DNA of 32,998 nt from Patescibacteria group bacterium (GTDB lineage Bacteria > Patescibacteriota > Microgenomatia > UBA1400 > CG1-02-47-37). The translations under genes were made by a program, and so were the position numbers. The notes under the pieces were generated by a model. It did not search any database. It had not been told where the DNA came from and was given only the letters and a program-made list of their open reading frames with translations. The stretch is taken from contig JBBTRT010000001.1 in the NCBI GenBank assembly GCA_038065055.1, positions 1 to 32,998 on the forward strand. The letters are read 5' to 3'. Of the stretch, positions 24,523 through 32,998 are shown one piece after another. Position 1 is the stretch's first letter, and each line of letters begins with the position of its first letter.

Positions 24523-26250
24523 TTATACTTCTGCCACTCTCAAGACTTCCTCAAGAGTAGTTACTCCTTCAATAACTTTTAAATAACCGTCTTCTTTCAT
24601 GCTGATCATGCCATCCTCTTTGGCTTGAGCTTCAATTTTAGATGCCGGCGCCCGCTCTAAAATAAACCGGCCGATTTTCTCCGTCACCGGCAGGACTTCA
24701 AATACTCCGATTCTGCCGGAATAACCGGTATTGTTGCATTGAACGCACTGCTCGCCTTTATATAAAACTAATTCTTTAATCCCTTTTGTCTGCAGCCAGC
24801 TATCATATAACTTGCCCAAAACCTGTTTGATATCCGCCACGACTGCCGCCGACGGCTTATAGGACTGCTTGCAATGCTCGCAAATCTTTCTCGCCACCCT
24901 TTGCCCCGCCACGCAAGTCATTGACGACGCCAATAAAAACGGCTCCATTTCCATATCCAGCAACCTGGGTAAAGCTCCGGCCGCGCTATTGGTATGCAGG
25001 GTCGAAAACACCAAATGGCCGGTCAGCGATGCCTGGACCGCCAACTCCGCCGTTTCCTTATCCCGGATTTCTCCCACCATAATAATGTTCGGGTCCTGCC
25101 GTAAAAATGACCTCAGCCCCGAAGCAAACGTCAAACCTGCCTGGGGATGAACTTGCACTTGGGTAATCCCGCTTATCTGATACTCAACCGGATCTTCTAA
25201 AGTCATAATGTTAACCTGAGGCGTATTTATCTTGGATAACACTGAATATAAAGTCGTTGTCTTGCCTGAACCGGTCGGCCCGGTGATCAAAATAATGCCG
25301 TGCGGCACCCGAATCGAAGTCTCAATATTGGTCAACGCTTTTCCTCTTAGGCCCAATTCCGGCAAATCCGGGACTTTCATCGCTTTTTTTAACAGCCGCA
25401 TCACTATCTTTTCGCCTAAAACCGAAGGCAGGCTCGACACCCGCAAGTCAACATTTTCTTCCGCTGTCCGGAAATTAAACCGCCCATCCTGAGGCATCCG
25501 CTTTTCGTCAATTTTCATATTCGACAAAATTTTAATCCGGGAAACTACGCCCTCATGCACATTTTTCGGCAGCACCAGCTTTTCATACATAATGCCGTCA
25601 ATCCGGTATCTCACTCTGGTTTTTGTCTCCAATGGCTCAATGTGAATATCTGACGCCCGGGCTTTTATGGCAAACTCCAAAATTGTCGACACAATCCGGG
25701 AAATCGGCGCCTCCCTTATCACTCCGCCGCTTAATTCCGAGCCGGCTAATTTATCCTCGGGCTTGTTGACCGCCGATTCTTTTAGGGCCGCTGTCACTTC
25801 GCTGGAAAGGCTTTGCGCATAACGGCTGGCAATTTCTTTTTCCAAAACGCTTTTTTCGCCTAAAAACGGTTTAATCTTCATTCCGGATTTCTTCTCCATA
25901 AACTCAATTGCCTGCAGGTCGACCGGGTCAGCCATAGCAATCGATAAAGTTTTTGTTTCTTTATCCAGAACAAACGGCAGCACTAAATATTTTAACGCCA
26001 CGCTTTCCGGTAAAACATTCAATGCTTCCGGAGCAATGCTGGCAGTTAAAACATCGATGTAAGGGACTTGCAATAACTCCGATTTAACCTTGACCAAATC
26101 AGTTTCGCTCACCAAATTATGCTTCATGCATATCTCTTCCACGCCCAAATCGCTCACCGCTAATTCCGCTTTAACCAAAGCTAATTGCTCTGGTTTGATT
26201 AAATTCTTCTTTTGCAATAAATCTAACAAATTAACATTTAGGACAGGCAT
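24523..26250 (-). CDS. pilB: Type IV pilus extension ATPase PilB (GspE family)
   Basis: ASDIHIEP, RYRIDG, PQDGR, GPTGSGKTTTLY, LRQDPNIIMVGEIRD, CxxC...CxxC, GYSGRIG; start at ATG 26250 or TTG 26256. Confidence 0.95.
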   Translation of the reverse strand: MPVLNVNLLDLLQKKNLIKPEQLALVKAELAVSDLGVEEICMKHNLVSETDLVKVKSELLQVPYIDVLTASIAPEALNVLPESVALKYLVLPFVLDKETKTLSIAMADPVDLQAIEFMEKKSGMKIKPFLGEKSVLEKEIASRYAQSLSSEVTAALKESAVNKPEDKLAGSELSGGVIREAPISRIVSTILEFAIKARASDIHIEPLETKTRVRYRIDGIMYEKLVLPKNVHEGVVSRIKILSNMKIDEKRMPQDGRFNFRTAEENVDLRVSSLPSVLGEKIVMRLLKKAMKVPDLPELGLRGKALTNIETSIRVPHGIILITGPTGSGKTTTLYSVLSKINTPQVNIMTLEDPVEYQISGITQVQVHPQAGLTFASGLRSFLRQDPNIIMVGEIRDKETAELAVQASLTGHLVFSTLHTNSAAGALPRLLDMEMEPFLLASSMTCVAGQRVARKICEHCKQSYKPSAAVVADIKQVLGKLYDSWLQTKGIKELVLYKGEQCVQCNNTGYSGRIGVFEVLPVTEKIGRFILERAPASKIEAQAKEDGMISMKEDGYLKVIEGVTTLEEVLRVAEV

Positions 26251-26259
26251 AAACAATTT

Positions 26260-26269
26260 ATTATATACT
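26260..26269. promoter_or_regulatory. Overlapping bidirectional -10 boxes (TATAAT on minus, TATACT on plus)
   Basis: ATTATATACT: minus TATAAT 26260-26265 is 9 nt from pilB ATG; plus TATACT 26264-26269 is 7 nt from the holB-like ATG. Confidence 0.65.
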
Positions 26270-26276
26270 ATAAATT

Positions 26277-28822
<2,546 letters not shown>

Positions 28823-28832
28823 AAGGAGATTT

Positions 28833-30830
28833 ATGAACATTCAAGTCTTAGCCCTTTTTCTGGCACCGGCCACTGCCTTAACTGCCTTAATTTACGGTTT
28901 TATTCTGTCCCGCCGGATCATGAAAGAGGAAGTTACCAATCAAAAACTTCTGGATATTGCCAAAGCCGTTAAAGACGGCGCCATGGCTTACTTGGCCCGC
29001 CAGTTTAAATTGGTCATCCCGATCATGCTTGTTTTAGCCGTCTTAATTTACTTCACTTTAGGCAAAGGTATGGCCGCCACCTTTTTACTTGGTGCCACTT
29101 TTAGCGCACTTATTGGCTACCTGGGTATGTACGTTGCGGTTCACGCCAACGTCCGCACCGCCAATAATGCCTTAAAAGGCTTAAGCCCGGCTTTAAAAAC
29201 CGCTTTTAACGCCGGCACCGTCAATGGCATGTTAGTCGTTGGCCTTGGCTTGTTAGGCGTATCTTTAATTTACATGTGGTCTTACTTCAACAATACTAAT
29301 GCTACTGATGTTTTAGTCGGCTATGGTTTTGGCGCCGCTCTCCTGGCTTTATTTATGCGGGTCGGTGGGGGAATATTTACCAAAGCCGCTGATGTTGGCG
29401 CTGATTTGGTCGGCAAGGTTGAAGCCGGCATTCCCGAAGATGATCCCCGCAATCCGGCCGTTATTGCTGACAATGTCGGTGATAATGTTGGCGACTGCGC
29501 CGGCATGGCCGCCGATGTCTTCGAATCCTATGCTTTAACTATTGTTGCCGCTATGATTTTAGGCGGATCCATGTTTGGCTTAAAAGGGGTTGTTTTCCCG
29601 CTACTTGCCCGTTCCGGAGCGGTATTAACCTCTATTCTCGGCACCTTTTTCGTAAAAGCCCGCTCTGACCGGGAAGACCCGATCAAACCCTTAATCCGCG
29701 GCTTTATTGTTTCCGCCGTGGCTTCAGTCATAATTTTTATGGCCCTCGCTGTCTTTTTATTACAAGAACCCCGGGCCGGGTATGCCGCTGTCGTGGGTAT
29801 TATTGCCATGATGGCCTTGCTTTACTTAACTAAGTACTACACCGGACCAGGAGAAAAACCGGTCGTGGCTGTTGCCAAAGCCTCCCAAACCGGCGCCGGC
29901 ACCAACCTGATTTCCGGCTTAAGCCTGGGTCTGGAATCGACTTTCTTTTCGGTTTTGATTGTCGCCGCCACCATTATGGCCGGCTACACTTTACTCGGCT
30001 TTTACGGCATTGCCTTAGCCGGCATGGGCATGTTGGCCACTACCGGTATTATTATGTCCTTGGATACTTTCGGCCCGATTGCTGATAATGCCCAGGGTTT
30101 TGTCGAAATGGCCCACCTGCAGGGCAAAGCCCCCAAGGTCACCAGTAGCCTGGATGCTGTTGGTAATACCACCAAAGCCTTAACCAAAGGTTTTGCGGTT
30201 GGCTCGGCCGCCGTGGCCGCTTCTTCCTTGTTTGCCACTTATTTCGAAGCCACCGGCTTAACCGCTATTGACATTGCCAGCCCCAAAGTCTTTGTTGGTT
30301 TACTCTTAGGCGCGGCCCTGCCTTATCTCTTTAGTTCCCGTTTAATCCGCTCGGTCGGCATTGCCGCTTTCGCGGTCGTTAAAGAGGTTCGCCGCCAATT
30401 TAAAACCATCAAAGGCATTATGGCCGGTACCGCTCTCCCTGATTACTCTAAAGCGGTAGATATTGTCACCACTGCCGCTCAAAAAGAACTGGTTATTCCG
30501 GCCGCGATTGTCGTTATCATGCCGATTTTAGCCGGTTTATTAGGCGCGGAAGCTCTCGGCGGTTTCTTAGGCGGCGTGGTCGCTTCCGGCTTAATGCTCG
30601 CTTTCTTTATGTGTAATGGCGGCGGCGCCTGGGATAATGCCAAAAAATACGTTGAAGACGGCAATTTTGGCGGCAAAGGGTCCGATACCCATAAAGCCGC
30701 GGTGGTCGGTGACACAGTCGGCGATCCCTTAAAGGACACGGCCGGACCGGCCTTAAACCCGATGATGAAAATCGTTCAAATCGTGGCCTTAATCATCGCG
30801 CCCTTTGTTATTCAATTTATAGGCAAATAA
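28833..30830 (+). CDS. hppA: Membrane-bound ion-translocating pyrophosphatase, K+-independent signature
   Basis: [70 protein letters not shown]; SD AGGAG at 28824-28828. Confidence 0.96.
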   Translation: MNIQVLALFLAPATALTALIYGFILSRRIMKEEVTNQKLLDIAKAVKDGAMAYLARQFKLVIPIMLVLAVLIYFTLGKGMAATFLLGATFSALIGYLGMYVAVHANVRTANNALKGLSPALKTAFNAGTVNGMLVVGLGLLGVSLIYMWSYFNNTNATDVLVGYGFGAALLALFMRVGGGIFTKAADVGADLVGKVEAGIPEDDPRNPAVIADNVGDNVGDCAGMAADVFESYALTIVAAMILGGSMFGLKGVVFPLLARSGAVLTSILGTFFVKARSDREDPIKPLIRGFIVSAVASVIIFMALAVFLLQEPRAGYAAVVGIIAMMALLYLTKYYTGPGEKPVVAVAKASQTGAGTNLISGLSLGLESTFFSVLIVAATIMAGYTLLGFYGIALAGMGMLATTGIIMSLDTFGPIADNAQGFVEMAHLQGKAPKVTSSLDAVGNTTKALTKGFAVGSAAVAASSLFATYFEATGLTAIDIASPKVFVGLLLGAALPYLFSSRLIRSVGIAAFAVVKEVRRQFKTIKGIMAGTALPDYSKAVDIVTTAAQKELVIPAAIVVIMPILAGLLGAEALGGFLGGVVASGLMLAFFMCNGGGAWDNAKKYVEDGNFGGKGSDTHKAAVVGDTVGDPLKDTAGPALNPMMKIVQIVALIIAPFVIQFIGK

Positions 30831-30831
30831 G

Positions 30832-32998
30832 ATGAACATCGGTAAACTCCAGCCCACCGAAATCACCGAGGAGATGAAAAGAAGCTACCTCGATTACGCC
30901 ATGAGCGTGATCGTCGCCCGCGCCTTGCCCGACGTCCGCGACGGCTTAAAGCCGGTCCACCGCCGCATTCTTTACGCCATGAAAGAGCAGGGGATTACCC
31001 ACTCTTCCCCTTACAAAAAATCCGCCCGCGTGGTCGGAGAAGTTTTAGGTAAGTATCATCCGCACGGCGATATGGCCGTTTACGACGCTATGGTCCGTAT
31101 GGCCCAGGATTTTTCCCTTCGTTACCCGTTAGTCGATGGCCACGGCAACTTCGGCTCGGTTGATGGCGACTCTCCCGCCGCCATGCGTTACACCGAGGTC
31201 CGCTTAGCCAAAATTTCCAGCCAATTGCTCGATGAACTCAACGAAACAACCGTGGATTTTATCGATAATTTCGACGGTTCCCTTCAGGAACCCACCGTCT
31301 TACCCGCCAAACTACCCAACTTATTGTTAATGGGCGCCGACGGTATTGCTGTCGGTATGGCCACCAAAATCCCGCCACATAACTTAGGCGAAGTCATCGA
31401 CACGATTAAAGTTCTTTTATCCAACACCAAAGTTACTACCCACGCCCAATTTGATCCCAAAATTACTGACCCGGAAAATTTAGCCCCGGAAATCTTAGCC
31501 GGCAATTTAATTTGCGAAACCCCATTGGAACAATTAATGGAAACCTTGCCCGGCCCGGATTTTCCCACCGGCGGCATTATCTATGACGCCAAAACCATCA
31601 GCTCAGTTTATGCTACCGGCAAAGGCTCCATTGTTACCCGCGCCAAAACCAACATTGTTGAATCAAGCGGCGGCCGTTTTAAAATCCTCGTCACCGAACT
31701 CCCTTACCAGGTCAACAAAGCCCGGTTAATCGGCCGGATTGCCGACCTGGTCCACGAGAAAAAACTAATCGGCATCAAAGACATCCGCGACGAATCCGAC
31801 CGCAAAGGCATGACTATCAACATCGAGCTTAAAAAAGAAGCCAAGCCCAAAGCTTTATTAAATAACTTATTCAAACACACTGAACTGCAAACCAATTTTC
31901 CTGCCAACTTGGTGGCTCTGGTCGACGGCACCCCTCAGCTCTTAAACTTAAAACAAATTCTGTCTGCTTTTGTTAAACACCGCCAATTAGTGGTCATTCG
32001 CCGCAGCCAACACCGCCTTAAAGCCGCCAAACTCCGCGCCCACATCTTAGAAGGCCTGAAAATCGCTCTGGATAATTTAGATGCCGTGATCGAAACCATT
32101 AAAAAATCCGCTGATGCCGACGTGGCCAAACTAAACTTAATGAAAAAGTTTAAACTCTCGGATATTCAAGCCCAGGCGATTTTAGACATGCAGCTCCGGC
32201 GCCTCGCCGCTCTTGAGCGCCAGAAAATTGAAGCCGAATACCAGGCCATTAAAAAAACTATCGACGAACTGATCGCTTTACTCCTGCACCCAGATCAAAT
32301 TCTGATTGTCATAGCCGACGAATTAGCTGAACTCAAAAAAAATTACAACGATGAACGCCGCACCAAAATTATCCACTCGTCTTTAAAAGAATTTTCCGAT
32401 GAAGATCTGGAACCGGACGAAACTTGCCTGGTTACCATGACCAAAACCGGCTACATCAAACGCATTCCGGTTAACACCTACCGCGAACAGCGCCGCGGCG
32501 GCAAAGGCATTACCGGCATGGGTACCAAAGAAGAAGACGAAGTTTCCCGGATTTTCTCGGCCTCAACTCATGACAACCTCTTAATTTTCACGGACCGCGG
32601 CCGGGTGTTTAAAATCCGGGTTTTTGAACTGCCTCAAGGTTCCCGCCAAGCCAAAGGCCAAGCCATTATTAATCTTATCAATATTGAATCCGGCGAAAAT
32701 ATTCAATCCGTCCTCAGTATCCCGAAGGACCAAATGACTTCCGGTTTTCTCCTCATGGTCACCCGGCAGGGGACTATCAAAAAAACCGCTTTGGCAGAAT
32801 TTGCCAATATTAGAAGTAACGGCATTATTGCCTTGAAGCTTGACCCGGGCGATCAACTGGTTTGGGTCAAACAAACCACCGGCAAAGATCATATTTTGCT
32901 CGTTTCCCACGACGGCCAAGCCATTCAGTTTAAAGAATCCGACGCCCGCCCGATGGGCCGATCAGCCAAAGGCATCCGCGGCATCCGCCTCCACCCCC
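30832..32998 (+). CDS. gyrA: DNA gyrase subunit A (3' end beyond the window; not in ORF track)
   Basis: Hand translation: MNIGK...[62 protein letters not shown], GyrA-box QRRGGKG. Confidence 0.96.
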   Translation, partial: MNIGKLQPTEITEEMKRSYLDYAMSVIVARALPDVRDGLKPVHRRILYAMKEQGITHSSPYKKSARVVGEVLGKYHPHGDMAVYDAMVRMAQDFSLRYPLVDGHGNFGSVDGDSPAAMRYTEVRLAKISSQLLDELNETTVDFIDNFDGSLQEPTVLPAKLPNLLLMGADGIAVGMATKIPPHNLGEVIDTIKVLLSNTKVTTHAQFDPKITDPENLAPEILAGNLICETPLEQLMETLPGPDFPTGGIIYDAKTISSVYATGKGSIVTRAKTNIVESSGGRFKILVTELPYQVNKARLIGRIADLVHEKKLIGIKDIRDESDRKGMTINIELKKEAKPKALLNNLFKHTELQTNFPANLVALVDGTPQLLNLKQILSAFVKHRQLVVIRRSQHRLKAAKLRAHILEGLKIALDNLDAVIETIKKSADADVAKLNLMKKFKLSDIQAQAILDMQLRRLAALERQKIEAEYQAIKKTIDELIALLLHPDQILIVIADELAELKKNYNDERRTKIIHSSLKEFSDEDLEPDETCLVTMTKTGYIKRIPVNTYREQRRGGKGITGMGTKEEDEVSRIFSASTHDNLLIFTDRGRVFKIRVFELPQGSRQAKGQAIINLINIESGENIQSVLSIPKDQMTSGFLLMVTRQGTIKKTALAEFANIRSNGIIALKLDPGDQLVWVKQTTGKDHILLVSHDGQAIQFKESDARPMGRSAKGIRGIRLHP

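Overview
A densely packed bacterial chromosome segment. Gene content and order (rpmF-nusB-rnc-rpsP-KH with no plsX/fab genes, short PheT, type IV pilus cluster without a secretin, many leaderless-looking starts) suggest a Patescibacteria/CPR organism, probably Microgenomates; this is inference. Order: thrS(5' cut)-infC-rpmI-rplT-pheS-pheT, then a convergent class A PBP, an NlpC/P60-like gene and a coiled-coil gene. Next come a promoter, a ~200-nt multi-hairpin RNA, a terminator, tRNA-Tyr(GUA) with atypical C33, a TyrRS/CDPS-like paralog lacking HIGH and KMSKS, tyrS, a 34-aa membrane peptide, recG, rpmF, nusB, rnc, rpsP and khpA. An 11.6-kb minus-strand type IV pilus locus follows, interrupted by a REP-flanked RAYT transposase split at an A_AAA_AAG slippery site. 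The window ends with holB-like, gyrB, a K+-independent membrane pyrophosphatase and gyrA(3' cut). The best candidate for an undescribed system is the tyrosine module at 8943-11266. Secondary signals are the RAYT/REP element, palindromes and a heptamer repeat inside coding sequences, and promoters that point to leaderless translation. Four genes or gene parts missing from the ORF track were found by hand: the tRNA, rpmF, the 34-aa peptide and gyrA.
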